A DNA stretch of 51,959 bases from Azolla caroliniana (GCA_043228905.1 JBHGNT010000213.1:1-51959), one strand, 5' to 3'. Positions 1 to 48,976 are shown, counted from the stretch's first letter. Notes: generated by a model not told the origin, from the sequence alone. Made by a program: numbers and translations.

Positions 1-1209
1 AAGACGACGTTCTTGCACGTTGACCTCGAAGAAGAGATCTACATGCAACAACCAGAGGGGTTTGTCAAGAAAGGGAAGGAGCATATGGTATGCTAGTTGA
101 AGAAGAGCTTATACGGACTAAAGCAAGCTCCCGGACAATTGTACCGGAAGTTCAACTCCTTCATGACCGATCAGGGATACCACAAGACATAGGCTGACCA
201 CTGCATTTTCGTGAAGAAATTTAACAGAGGCGACTTCCTGATACTTCTGTTGTATGTGGATGACATGCTAATCATTGGACCAGACCGAATCAAAATCAGG
301 AATCTAAAGAAGGCCTTGAACCGGACCTTCTCAATGAAAGTTCAGGGTCCAGCGAGACAGATATTAGGGATACACATAGTCTGGGACCGGACGAAGAAGT
401 TGTTGTGGTTGTCACATGAGAAGTACGTGACAAAGGTGCTCCAACGATTCGGCATGTCGGATGTTAAGCCGGTCATATCAACACTTCCGGCAAACTGCAA
501 GTTGTTCGGGAAGCAAAGCCCGAAGACAAAGGTAGAGAAGTTGGAGATGATGAAGATACCATATGACTCTGCCATGGTGTGTACCCAGCCAGATATCAGA
601 TATGCAGTCGGAGTGGTTAGCTGGTTCACGAGTAATCCGAGAAGAGAACACTGGACCGTGGTCAAGTGGATACTCTGGCACTTGAAAGGCACCTCGAGTA
701 TGTGCCTCCGATTCGGCTCCGGTAAACCCCTGTTGGAATGCTTCACCGATTCAAACATGTCGGCTGATGCGGACACCAGCCAGTCTACATCTGGATATGT
801 CATGACATATGCAGGGGGAGTCGTATCGTGGCAATCGAGGCTGCAGAAGTCCGTTGCACCGTCGACAACGGAAGCGGAGTACATGGCAGTCGTGGAGGCT
901 ACCAAAGAGGTAATCTGGATGTAGGACTTCATCAGAGAGCTAGGGATTCAGCAAGAGGAATTCCGGCTCTATTGCGACAGTCAAAGTGCCATCCACCTTG
1001 TGAAGAATGCGGCCTACCACTCCCGGACTAAGCACATCCAGAGGAGATATCATTGGCTTCGGGAGAAGGTAGAAGACAAAGAGTTTTCAGTGACGAAGAT
1101 TCATACAGAGGAGAACGGGTCGGACATGCTGACAAAGGTGTTGTCAGCCGACAAACTGGACACGTATCGGAGACGGATCGGACGAATGAGACATCCTATG
1201 CCAGAGTGA
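1..1209 (+). mobile_element. Ty1/copia LTR retrotransposon pol 3' part (reverse transcriptase + RNase H), decayed
   Basis: Translation gives KTTFLHVDLEEEIYMQQPEGF, LKKSLYGLKQAP, LLLYVDDMLI, SWQSRLQKSVAPSTTEAEYMA and YHSRTKHIQRRYHWLRE, which are copia RT and RNase H motifs. In-frame TAG stops at 190-192 and ~922, and the AVGSLMY motif is missing. The element runs off the left edge. Confidence 0.95.
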
Positions 1210-1217
1210 AGGGGGAG
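1208..1217 (+). other. Polypurine tract of the copia element
   Basis: GAAGGGGGAG overlaps the pol stop and lies 2 nt before the TGTTGG LTR start. Confidence 0.9.
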
Positions 1218-1589
1218 TTTGTTGGGAAACAGGTCCCTTTGGATGGGATCAGGATGAGAACCAAACGAGTCGGAAGACAAGACGAAGGAAGGGACCGAGC
1301 CATATGGATCCGGAAACTATCCGGGTACCGGATCAGATGGATTCGGAAGCAGTCTGATTGGACTTTGTATGAACCAGCAAATAGGAACATTTTAGTAAAT
1401 ATGTTCAAACGTGAACGTTGATGTCATATTTGTGAATAGTCCTAAAGTTATATAAGTATAAATATAACTAGGGCAACAACTTTTTGTAAGGGGTCGTAGT
1501 GATCATCATTGTAGTTGCTATCTTTGTTGTATCATTGTACACACACATAGAGAGAGAGAGAGAGAGAAAGAGAGAAAGAGAGAGCCTAG

Positions 1590-1662
1590 ATGGATGTAGC
1601 TTAGTCGGTAAGGTTGCCCAATGGAGACCAGGTGGTCATGGGTTCAACTCCTACATTCCACA
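1590..1662 (+). other. tRNA-like / SINE-head-like sequence inside the copia LTR
   Basis: A-box TAGCTTAGTCGG (1597-1608) and B-box GGTTCAACTCC (1641-1651) at tRNA-like spacing. Partial acceptor pairing TGGA/TCCA. No convincing anticodon arm. Confidence 0.6.
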
Positions 1663-1715
1663 GTGGCATCTAGTGAATTAAGAGATATATATGAAGTATA
1701 TAATAGAGAGAAGTG

Positions 1716-1789
1716 AGAAAATTGGGTTTCGAACCCAAGACGTAGTGCTTGCTTGTAGTGTTAACAACTTACCACTAGGGTAAGCTAAT
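1716..1789 (-). other. Second tRNA-like sequence inside the copia LTR, convergent with the first
   Basis: The minus strand reads TACCCTAGTGGTAAG (A-box/D-loop-like), then GTC-TTGGG-TTCGAAA-CCCAA, a perfect 5-bp T-stem with a TTCGA loop, followed by a T-run. Confidence 0.55.
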
Positions 1790-2366
1790 TACGATAAAAA
1801 AGAGAGAGAGAGATACAGATACAGAAAGTATTTTCTGTTATAACCGCCGACTAGCAAAGACATAGAGCTCGAGGTCATTGCCTCCGAGTCTCGCATTGTA
1901 TCCTTCCTCTCATAATGATAGTTGGAATCTATGGGCTCCCGTGGTTTTTTCCGATTAGGGTTTTCCACGTTAATATCAGGTGTCGTCTTATTCTGTGTAA
2001 GTGTAGTAAGTCTTTATTTCTATTTTGATTCTTCCATTGTGATTAAGACTCAATTGTGGCCGAGCACTATTTCTGCACATAAGTAATATTGCGCGTAAGC
2101 CATGAATATAGATTGCACTATCCGCAATCTGACATGGAGTGGCCATGTTGCAATCTTCCAATAGCTTAGCTTTTGTCTCACTTTTTTGTAGAACCCATTC
2201 AACCTTTCTTTTCTCTGTTTTGGAAATCATGCGCTCGACCTTCATTCTTCAAATCGCTTTTGAATGCATTGTGTCTTTTTGGGTTTCGGAAATCTTGTGC
2301 TCAACCTTGATTCTCCAAATCACATTCATTTGCATGCATGCATGTATCAAAAGGTGTTTGGGAGAT

Positions 2367-2462
2367 GGGTTTAGGGTTCAAGGGTCATGGGTGTGGGTGT
2401 AGGTTTATGGTTTAAGAACTTGGTTCTTGTTTGCCAAACATGGGTTTAGGGTTTAGGGTTTT
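2367..2462 (+). repeat. Degenerate telomere-like (TTTAGGG) interstitial repeat
   Basis: GGGTTTAGGGTTCAAGGG...GGGTTTAGGGTTTAGGGTTTT. Confidence 0.55.
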
Positions 2463-2539
2463 GAGTGTTTTAAGGAAACGAAGATTTTTGACAATGATGT
2501 GTGCACGCACGCTTGTCGAGATTAGGCTTCAGAAATAGC

Positions 2540-4600
2540 TAAGCAACCCAAGGTTCTGAAACCCATTATGCTCGATCTTTTCTTGGAATTGTGCACACTC
2601 CTAAACACATTGTCTTTTCTTAATCACGTTAGAGAATCTATTACAACTTTTCAGTCGTTTCGTTCACACAGAGAGAGAGACTTTGGTTGGAGGGTTGCAC
2701 ATCAATTGGAGAACGTCTCGTTTGATCTCTTGTACTAAGATCAATTTACAAAGTTTGGGATGGCTAGGATCAATGCTTTATAGGGGTATACATTTTCAAC
2801 ATCTAGGGTATCCATCGGGAGTTGATGTGGTGAATTCTCAAATAATTGAGTGGATTTACAAAAAGTTGAAAGACAAGTTTATGTATTTGAAGTCTCAATC
2901 TTGGGCATTCAATGTATGACTCGAAGTGGTGCAATGTATTTTGAAACCCATGCTTCTATATTTTTTTACCATTGTCTCCTTGGACTAAGAATTCCTTATT
3001 AAAGAAGTGTCTTCTTTGATTTATGTTGTGGTGAAAGAAGGAAATTAAGATGGAATTGTATGGAATCATTTAGCTACTCTTATGTGATGAGGTGGTTTGG
3101 CAATACTAAATTTGGATATGCATTTGATGGCTCATTGTTCTTCATTGTTACTAGATATATATGATACAACAATTTATTGAGAAAAAAGGATTGGTGCATG
3201 GGAAAACTAAGATTAAGGCATCATGGTAGCAATAGGCACACTTCTCTTAAAGTTTGACACTTTGTATCAGTAGAGGAGTTAGTAAGATTGTAGCAATAAG
3301 CTTTGCCATATTTTGAATGGGCACCATCAAATCATCAAGAGAAAATTGGTTGTTTCGGTTAAGTGTTGTTTGAAATTGGCGATGTAGTTCAGAAGAAGTG
3401 TCAAAGGTTGTTAGAGTTTGATGATCCTATAAGATGGTTATGTATTCCACCAAATTAGGGTTTTATCTGGCAAAACTTGTGAAGTATGACATTGTTGCAA
3501 TGATGTTTGCCTATGAAGATGGATAATCAATCTTGGGTATTCTAGTGGTACAAGATCGTTAATGGTCAGTAATGATCATTTTGTAAATTCACTTTCATGG
3601 CTCTCATCTAAAGCACAAAAGTTTGGGGATCTAAGCAAGTTTGATGCAAGGCAATGGAAAAGGTTAAAACATACTTTACATGAACTCTTTTGTAGTTTTG
3701 ATACAAAGCTTTGGTTTGGAGAATGATGATTTTGACCTTTCTTTAGGTTCAACCCTTGAGAGGAGAGGGTTGATGTTACGAGCATGACCATATAATATCT
3801 CGTGGTAAGATTGTACCATAGTATTCTATACATGTACATAAAGTGTGAGGGTTAAACGAGAGTGTAAAGAAGGGAGGATTACTTTTAATCCCAGGAATTG
3901 AGACAACCCATAAGAGCCAAGTGTGAACTTGCTTGGGGCCCGTAGGTCTAACTATAAATATGAGGGCTAGCTACCCTCATTGACACATCATATTGACTAC
4001 ATCGAGACTCTAATCATGTGGTGAAGAGACTCTTGTAATGAGTGGGCCAGTACCAGGTACGGCTCGTTGCCACAATGGTGGTATGGGACGCCGATCGAGG
4101 CTCGAGTCCGTCTCGATCCCTTCGCTCGGGAGTGTTCGGGTGGATCGGCACCCTTCTTTTGAGTCTCACTTCTCTATCTATCTATCTATCTATTATTTCC
4201 CTATCTTTTGCTTACATTAGGATTAAGCTCTAACAATTGACGTGAGGCATATTTTTCCTTTAGACGATCCAATTGGAATACAATATACATCGATTCATTT
4301 GATTTCCTATTACACATGCTATTAGAAAATATTTATCAGAAATATGGCAAGTTTTGCTATGTATGATGCATAGACAATGGAACTTTAGTGAATATGTGCA
4401 TGGACCAACATATGAGATGGAAATCAACTTCCAAAATTTAAGGCATTGGGATTTGCAACACCATTGGAATATGTGTAGTGATTTCATGTTTGATGGTAGG
4501 CATGGAGTAAATGCATATATTTGAGACTTGAAAGGCATACTTAAGTGCGGTTGCCAAATGTGGATGTTAGTTCATGTGGGGATTGTTTCGTCACGTGAGT
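2540..4600 (+). mobile_element. Highly decayed L1-clade LINE ORF2 fragment (RT C-terminus to zf-RVT), split by a solo LTR
   Basis: GGLHINWRTS...HLGYPSGV...WIYKKLKDKF matches the L1 SGLxINxxKS...YLGxPLG pattern. LSLGSTLERRGL lies before the LTR and QLEYNIHRFI*FP...IW after it (degenerate zf-RVT). Many stops; ends approximate. Confidence 0.6.
3774..4235 (+). mobile_element. Solo LTR of a Ty3/gypsy (chromovirus) family
   Basis: TGTTACG...CTCTAACA termini, flanked by GTTGA/ATTGA (4/5 TSD match). Colinear with the reverse complement of the LTR at 50940-51394. Confidence 0.9.
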
Positions 4601-4716
4601 ATTAAACTTTTTGATGGCATAGGGGAATGTATCTCTCCCTACGCACAAAGAGATGACATCAATATTGTAATGGTGGTGGTTTTGACATACAATCAATTTA
4701 TTTGTGCGGTTTATCG

Positions 4717-6725
4717 AGATAGATAGATAGATAGATTCTATAATCGTCTTTGGAGGTCAAATATGACTTATGAGACCAAAAATATTACATTTCATGTGGT
4801 ACATGTGAAAGTGAGTAACAACTCTCGATGTTCAAGAACTTTACCAATGAATGTTGTAATCAAGAGTGCACATTGTGGTTGTGAGAGAAATTCGTGCAAG
4901 GATTGTGCTCAGTCAAAGATATGTGGAAAGCATGGTCAAATGCAGAGCATTGTATCAAAGTATGATACTCATACTCTCAAACTTGTTTAGAGCAAAGTGT
5001 GCATAGCCGACCACTCTCATCACTTGTGCCCCAACGACCCTTCTCACATCGCAATGCATGTGAGCTAAGTCGCATGGAAGTAATGGTTCAAATGGTAGAT
5101 AACGGGATGGGTTCTAACATGTATCAATGTGTACGGTTTCCCCGTTCCGCGAAGAATATGGTTTTGTTGTTAGGTGCAACATGTGTAGTATAATGTTTGA
5201 AGCGTGAGCCTCCACATTTGTCCCATGTCATGATACATTAGTGCTGCAAAAAAGCCTTATTTACAGAGGAATCTAGGGATGCATCATGAAGCAAGTGTCT
5301 TGCATCCCATCCACCAAACCATTTTTCCATATTTTGCATCCAACCGGAACACAAAATTTTCTTTTATGTGTCTTTTGAATCTTTTGCTTGCTTCCCATAC
5401 AATTCTAAGAAGTCGATGTGAGGGAATTTTTTGAACCTTAAGCATGTATTCAACAACCCTTTCCAAGGCCATGATCTCAATGGGAAGCGATCCCGTCTCA
5501 AGGAGGAGGGTGTTGGGCGTTTGTTTCTTAACTTGTAGAAACTTTGTAAGAAAATGTTTTTTGGACATTTTTAAACTCTTTCCATGTAGATTTAGGAGCT
5601 ACCACCCCATAGAGAAGCATCAGTGTCACCAAAGCGTAGAAAAGATATTTCTTGAGGACCCAACACTTAATATCACCATGATTGCATGTGTTTTCAAATG
5701 CATAATATGCTCGCTTACCCGCCTCTAAGCGGCTTGTAGCACATTCATTCCATCTATGATTTGAAGGAACTTCAAGGCCAAGATATTTGAAGCTTTCCAC
5801 ACATTCAAGTGGCTCAGTATTGTACATAATGCATGGTTTATCTCTTTTTTGGGTCTTCACAAGCATAATCTTTGTTTTAGAGCTATTGACACTTAATTTA
5901 GTATGCATGCAATTTTTTTCCAATGCCTTCATAAACTTTTGTGCATCTCCTAAAATATTTGCAAAAAGCACTACATCATCCGCATATAGCAAAAGCATAA
6001 TGACAACATTCCCAATTGTAACTTCTTCAACACTTTCTTCCTTTACAAACTTGGCAACCATTTCTTCCAATTCATCAATGCATAAACCAAATCGTGTTTG
6101 TGAGAGTGGGCATCCTTGCTAAACACCAATAGTGCTATTACAAAAATTTGAAAGTCTTATCTCTCATACACACAACATATCCTTCTCATATATTCGGGAA
6201 ATTGCAAGCATACATTCACATGGCACCTTGAGTTCTTCCATTCGCCTCCAAAGATGCTCACGGGGTACCATATCAAAAGCTTTCTTGAAGTCTACAAAGC
6301 AACAACATAAACCTTTACCTCTAAGGCAACTTTTTTTCATTAATACTCAAAGGGTGATAAGGTGATCAATAGTGCTATGGTGTTTTCAAAAGCTAGCTTG
6401 TCCATAAGCTCTCTTGCCATTATTTTAGCCCATACACTTATCTTTGATTCCATTATACATCTAAATAGTTTTGCCATTAATGAGACAACCATGATGGTTC
6501 GATAGTTGTTTGCATTATTTACATCTCCACCTTTATGTAAAGGTTTGATCCAATTAGTAGTCCAATTATATGGCATACCATGTTGCAATGCATCATTAAA
6601 CATATCGCTTATCCATACATGTGCTTCCTTTCTCGTCCATTTGAGCATTTTAGCCTTTATATTGAAGATTTCTTGCCTTTCGAGAGGCCAATTTCTTAAG
6701 TCCTATGCATATATCTTCAATTGTA
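4717..6725 (-). mobile_element. RTE/RTEX-like non-LTR retrotransposon (family A), 5'-truncated, decayed
   Basis: Minus strand: IKPLHKGGD...NNYRTI, CCFVDFKKAFD, LLLYADDVVL, ESFKYLG and the C-terminal RLSSHALRCEKGRW...RLCTLC...EYHTLIQC. (CTAT)n 3' tail at 4717-4736. Frameshifts and stops present. Confidence 0.9.
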
Positions 6726-7599
6726 AAGAAGGGAGACATATATGAAAGAGAACCATAACCAAAATGTGTTTGAAAAGTCGTTTAGTAAATACACCTCGTC
6801 ACGTACATGACATTGATGTTATCCTAACCAAAGGTCAACTTTGGAAAAGGAATGAACATCTTGGAGTCGATAAGAAAACTAATCAAATTGCGTAAATCAA
6901 TATCCTATTTCATACCACGATTGAGTTTAATGCAAGATCATTGGCATGCATTAGAATGTTTCCTTTGTTTTTCTTAGCTAAGAACATGGGTGAGGGGAAG
7001 AAGATGGACAAATGAAACATTGGTCTAAATGTCCCTTAAATTATGTTTTGCTTTGCTATGCTTTCCTAACACACAACTTCTTCACCAACATGTAATTGAG
7101 GAAATTAAGAGTCTATTTGTCATCGGTTGAAACATTTGCATTATGACCTCTAATAATGACATGAATAGGAAACAATTGCAAATCTCGATTTTTGTTTCCC
7201 TTGCGACAGACCCTGTAGGGGGGTACTTGCCATGTGTTTGCTTGAGATCACGTTGGTTTAGGCTTGTTTTGGATGCATAACGCTACATCAGTAGTTATAT
7301 TTCACTTTAGTTGGGCTCAAACAAAGGTTGCCACATGCAAGGTGGCAACATTACAAAAATGCATCCGTTCACAATGACTCTCTTTTTCTTTTTCCCTAAT
7401 ATACAAGTTCTTGGCCAACATGTAATTGAGGAAATTAACTTCACTTGTCATGTGTTGAAATATTTATATTGTCACCATTAGTAGTGTTATGCATAGGAAA
7501 CAAAGCCATGAGGTTCAAAAGAAGTTCGCCACATACAAGGTGGGAATATCACAATCATTCTCTTCCACTTTTGAAAATTTCAATGTCTCTACACAATAG

Positions 7600-8131
7600 T
7601 AGCAATGGGCCCGGTTCGGTTTCAATTTCTTTGCCTTGAAACTGAACCGAACTAAATCAAAACATTTATATAAAACAAAAACCAAACCAAACCATTTAAG
7701 AAAAGGTAAACCAAATCATTTAAACCAAAACTGTTTAGGGAAAAGTTGAAACCAAATTGAACCATGTGTAATAAAAAGTTTAAACCTAACCACATTTAAA
7801 ACAAACTAATTTAAAAATGTAAATAAACAAAAATATAGTAAATTAAATAATATTTAAGTTTAAATAAATAAATAACATTAATTAAACCATTAAATTACAT
7901 AAACATTTAAGGGAATAAAATTTTATCCCAAAAACCAATAAACCTTCAAACCAAACCACTTAAACCTATAAACCGATAAAACCCAGGTTTTAGACCACAC
8001 CAAACTAAAATGGAACCATTTATTAATAATTCAAACCAAACCAAACCGTTTAATTATTTTGGAACTAATAAACCATTAAACCATGGCTTAATGGTTTAGT
8101 TCGGTTAGGGCCGAAACCGAGCCCATAACTA
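7600..8131. mobile_element. hAT-type MITE (non-autonomous DNA transposon)
   Basis: TIRs TAGCAATGGGC...GCCCATAACTA. 8-bp TSD CACAATAG/CACGATAG (7/8). Interior is full of AAACC/AACCG motifs. Same family as 25649-25988, opposite orientation. Confidence 0.88.
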
Positions 8132-9321
8132 CACGATAGCCTTCGTAAATCACAACATTACAACATGCTATTGACATCCAAAATATAGGCATCCCTCAAT
8201 GCCCAAGCTTTATTCTTAGGTTTCACAAATGTGCAATTCTTGATTGACCCCTAAACATATGTGTATTGTGTATGATTATCATATAGGGACTATCATTGTC
8301 CTCATACAATAAGTCCTTGAATTTTAGAATGACCAATGGAAATTACATCTAAGGTGTGTCGCCAATTTTGGAATAAGTTATTCTAAAATTTCTTACATGC
8401 AAACAATTTAAGCAAGAGACTCCCCTTTAATTGTTTATACGTAGGAGGCACATCGTACTAGAAGTTGAATATTCAAAGTTAGTGAGATAGATCACCAAGT
8501 TGGAGAAGAGAAGGCATGAAATGATAGTGAGTATAGAGGATGGTAATTGAAAGGTCAAAGAGTTGAATGGAATAGGGAGAAATCACAACAGCCATATTAA
8601 AATATCTTACAAATTGCATGTTGATAGATTGTTCAAGATTCATAAATTTTGTCATTAATTGATTGGATCTTATGTACTCAAGTTATCTCAATAAATATTC
8701 ACCATTACCATGCATATAGACAATTTCCAATACTTTTCATAAAGAAGTCAAGAAAATAGGTTGGATAAACATGACTTTTGTATGTATATTGATTTTTCTA
8801 CCATAAATACTTGACATATTTAGCTTGTTGGTTTCGATAATTAAGGTCAGTTCCAGACATTTCATCAATGAGCAATGGCCTCTTCCAAAGCTTTTAGGCT
8901 TTTGTATGTATACATCTTATCACACATACTTTTAGTAATACATTATATTACTTTGCAAAACATTCACAGAAAGAAGCTTTATGATGAATCATTGAAATTG
9001 AGGAATACAAATACATCTGTCAAATAACTGTCATCTTCCTTCGAATGTAGTGAGGAATTTTTTTTCAACTAATGCAAGTTGCACTGGACGACAGCTTATC
9101 TGACCAAGATGTCTATCTTGACATTAATGCACCTTATTTAGTCGGGTGGTCAATATGTAATAGGGATTTGATGTTGGGGCATTTCAAAGAGTCATGAGAC
9201 ATGCATATAATACACTTAAAACAATGATGGTATGGTTTTAGGCTAGTTATTTGGATGGTCCTAGATATTATCCATTGAAGGTCCAGGAACAAATGGCAAA
9301 GGTTATCTTCGGTTATTCCTG

Positions 9322-18084
<8,763 letters not shown>

Positions 18085-18464
18085 TTCAGTTACCTCGGAG
18101 GAGGAGGATAAAGAACAGCACGATTTCTGGTAACTTCTGTTCTTTCTCCTTCGATTGGGGAGAGCGGATCAAAATGTTCGAAGGGGAGGGAATGTGTTAG
18201 ATATTTGGTGTGAGGCAGGAGAGGGAGAGGGGGAAGGGGAAGGGGAAGGGGAAGGGGAAGGGGGGGGCAGTTGCCATAGCCATAGCCATGGCCCCAACCC
18301 TAACCCCCAAGAAATACACAGAGAAAATCAGAACCAGAAACAGAAACAGAAACAGAATAATTCTAAGAAATTACGAAAGTAGCCCCCTCCCCCCCAAATT
18401 TGGTTGCTGGTTTCACACCTGTCCCTCACATTGTCCCACCCACCCACACACACTGTCTCTCTTT

Positions 18465-18620
18465 CTCTATATGTGTGATATGTGTGTATACAGTGTATAT
18501 ACATACATATATGTGTGTGTATATGTATATTTATATGTATATGTTTAGGTATATGTATATGTAGATGTATATGTATATGTATATGTAGATGTATATGTAG
18601 ATGTGTGTGTGTGTGTGTGT
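18465..18620. repeat. Compound (TA)/(TG)/(ATGTAT) microsatellite upstream of GDH
   Basis: Directly visible simple repeats. Confidence 0.9.
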
Positions 18621-21082
18621 CTTCTTTGTGTCTGTGCCTGTGTCCAACCCCGGTCTTGCTTGTGCACGATGGCTATGCAAGGTATACTACAACCAGACAT
18701 TTGTAGGTACTTACCTGGGGGCTTCCTTCGAACGGATTAGAGAAAATGGGCGCACTGCAACTAGACATTTGTAGCGTTCCCGAGTATAGGGCTCTCTTCC
18801 CTTCGGAGCCCCTCCTATTTTATGAAACCTATTTACAACTTTGTAATTTGCCCCATGTGTGTTTGCATTGCATGTCTATTGTTCCATGTACATACAAAAC
18901 TTATGTCACCGCTTTGCTTTTCGGACCAAATTCTGATATGAATGGAAGGTGTGAAAAACTTCCCCGGTGAATGAGATTCTAGATAATAATAAAAACTTGG
19001 ACGTGATCTTTGATCGTGTTGAATCCTCTTCTAAGAAAAATCACATATTATTTGATCTTTCGTTCCACACATATCTAGCAAGGAGCACTTATGAATTCTG
19101 AATCAACTCATTGTTTTCAACCCACATTTCATTAGTAAAAGGCATACGAAGCTATAGCCTATGACGTTGTTTGAGATATCAAGAAAAATGATGGTCCATA
19201 ATTTGTGAAATTCCATCAATAGACATCCAAATTGAAGATAATATAGTATGGACATTTAGATCCAAGGATAATTGCTATGAATATGGATAACTCTTGGTAC
19301 GCTCTTTATCATTTTCATTTGGGATCAAGATGCAAGTGGCACAATTTGAATGCAACATATGGATAGAACCATAATTGGAAGGATAGCCATGTGATGTAAG
19401 CATAAAAAATATTTCTTAGTCAATCCCAAACGAGTTGTTTAATGAGCTATTGGTCCTTTAGATGCTTGAAAGGTCACATGGTTCCATAAATCGAATAATT
19501 CCATCCTAACTTATTGCTTGCACGAACCACATGGTTCCTCACAAAAGGTTTGTTGTGAACCACATGACTAGTATATTAATGTTTGTTGCATCATTTGAAT
19601 AAATCTAGGCAAAACGAAGAGCATTAGGTGGATTGAGAGCTTGAGATGGTGTTAGGTAAAAGTGATCATGTGACATTAGATGCATCTACATTTTGAAAGA
19701 CAAGCTCCCCAAAATAAGCTACTACTTCTTAATATATTATATGATCAATACCAGTTTGGAAATATGTAAGAATCAAGAGCACTATGTAATATAATTAATA
19801 TATGCCAAAGTTGTTGCAAATTAGTTAGTTGTTAGTTATGTGGAAGATTGTTATCATCTTTTTTTTCAAGGCAGATGAACAATTCACTGAAGCATCAAAT
19901 ATTTACTATTATTAGGCATATTAATTTGTCATTCCAATGAACCTTCTAACTAATCAAACAAATGCAGGTTCAAATGATTCAATTCTTTTTGAGGCTGCCT
20001 ACTTCTAATGTCAAGGAACCGGTGGGCAATGGAACCTTAGAAAATGGAATGCACAAAATGGAGATACCCACTCCTATGATTAATAGATAATATATGTTCT
20101 GGAACTTGCCAAACAGCCAACTCCTGTGATTAAATAGATATAGTGGCCGTAAGTTGGCCACTCTCATAGTTGGACTGGCAAGTCGAGCAGCTCAGATCAG
20201 TCCTAAACATAAGCCCTGGTGCAGGTTCAATGATGACTTTCCAATGAATGTCAACTAATTACTTCATCAGGTGACACAAAAACCATTACTTAGGGTATTA
20301 TCCCAGTAAAAATAATTGTTTGAGCAAAGACAATTTATTTTTTTATCCTCCACTTTTCTAATTGATACACCACCTTTACTAGGTAAGGGAATGATGACTT
20401 TTAATTTTAAAAAAAAGATGGAAACCTCATGAGGTACTCATATGGTATGTTTTATGGAAAATTTGCAGTACCTGATCTTCGGTGCATATAACAAAATTCA
20501 CATAATTACACATGATTCATGCTCAAACACATCAAACTCATTGGAACATTTAATGAAAAAAAATCAAATAATTTTCCACTGCATGTCTACAATGCTCATA
20601 ATATTATCCCTCATTTGCTGAAGTCAAAATATCAGTGTGTAAGAGACCCCAGTCTCTTTGAGGCAAACCTCCAGACACAGGCCATAATGTCATTTATCAT
20701 TCATCACACTGCATCTTTCGATATATAATATACAAAATAATCACCTCCCAGAACATTAAAACAGTCGGTATTAAAGAATGATGTACTACTTTCTCTTTCA
20801 TCGCATGAGATGCAGAAACTTTGAAGATGTGTCCCCCATGGCCTCAAAAATGGTCCCCTGAATTTCTTTCTTGTGCTCGAAAATGATCACTAATGTAACT
20901 GCCGCAATTTATTAATAAAAAACAAATATATTTGCACCCATGGATCGAGAAGGGCTATACAAGGAACCTCCATCTTTGGACCAACAATTTGGGTATGTAC
21001 TGATGATTGCATTTGGGGAAATATAGTGAACCAATAGATACAAACAAATATCGAGATTGTTGATTCTATTCTACAAGAGTCA

Positions 21083-48976
<27,894 letters not shown>

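Larger units (their letters stand above)
1220..2134 (+). mobile_element. 3' LTR of the copia element
   Basis: Starts TGTTGGG directly after the PPT. Contains a TATAAATA box at ~1458 and an (AG)n tract. Putative end ...TCCGCAATCTGACA at 2134 (TG...CA). The right boundary is inferred because the 5' LTR is outside the window. Confidence 0.7.

Noticed and set aside
1590-1789. Functional tRNA genes
   Set aside because: Acceptor and anticodon stems do not pair properly, so they are kept only as tRNA-like elements.
4763-5193. + strand Cys-rich ORFs as a zinc-finger gene
   Set aside because: They are antisense to the RTE-like LINE C-terminus.
7600-8131. CRISPR-like or satellite array (AAACC repeats)
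   Set aside because: There is no regular repeat-spacer period, and TIRs plus an 8-bp TSD identify it as a MITE.
18155-18706. ORFs with GEGEGE, KGKGKG and CICICI repeats
   Set aside because: They are translations of microsatellites in the GDH promoter/5' region.
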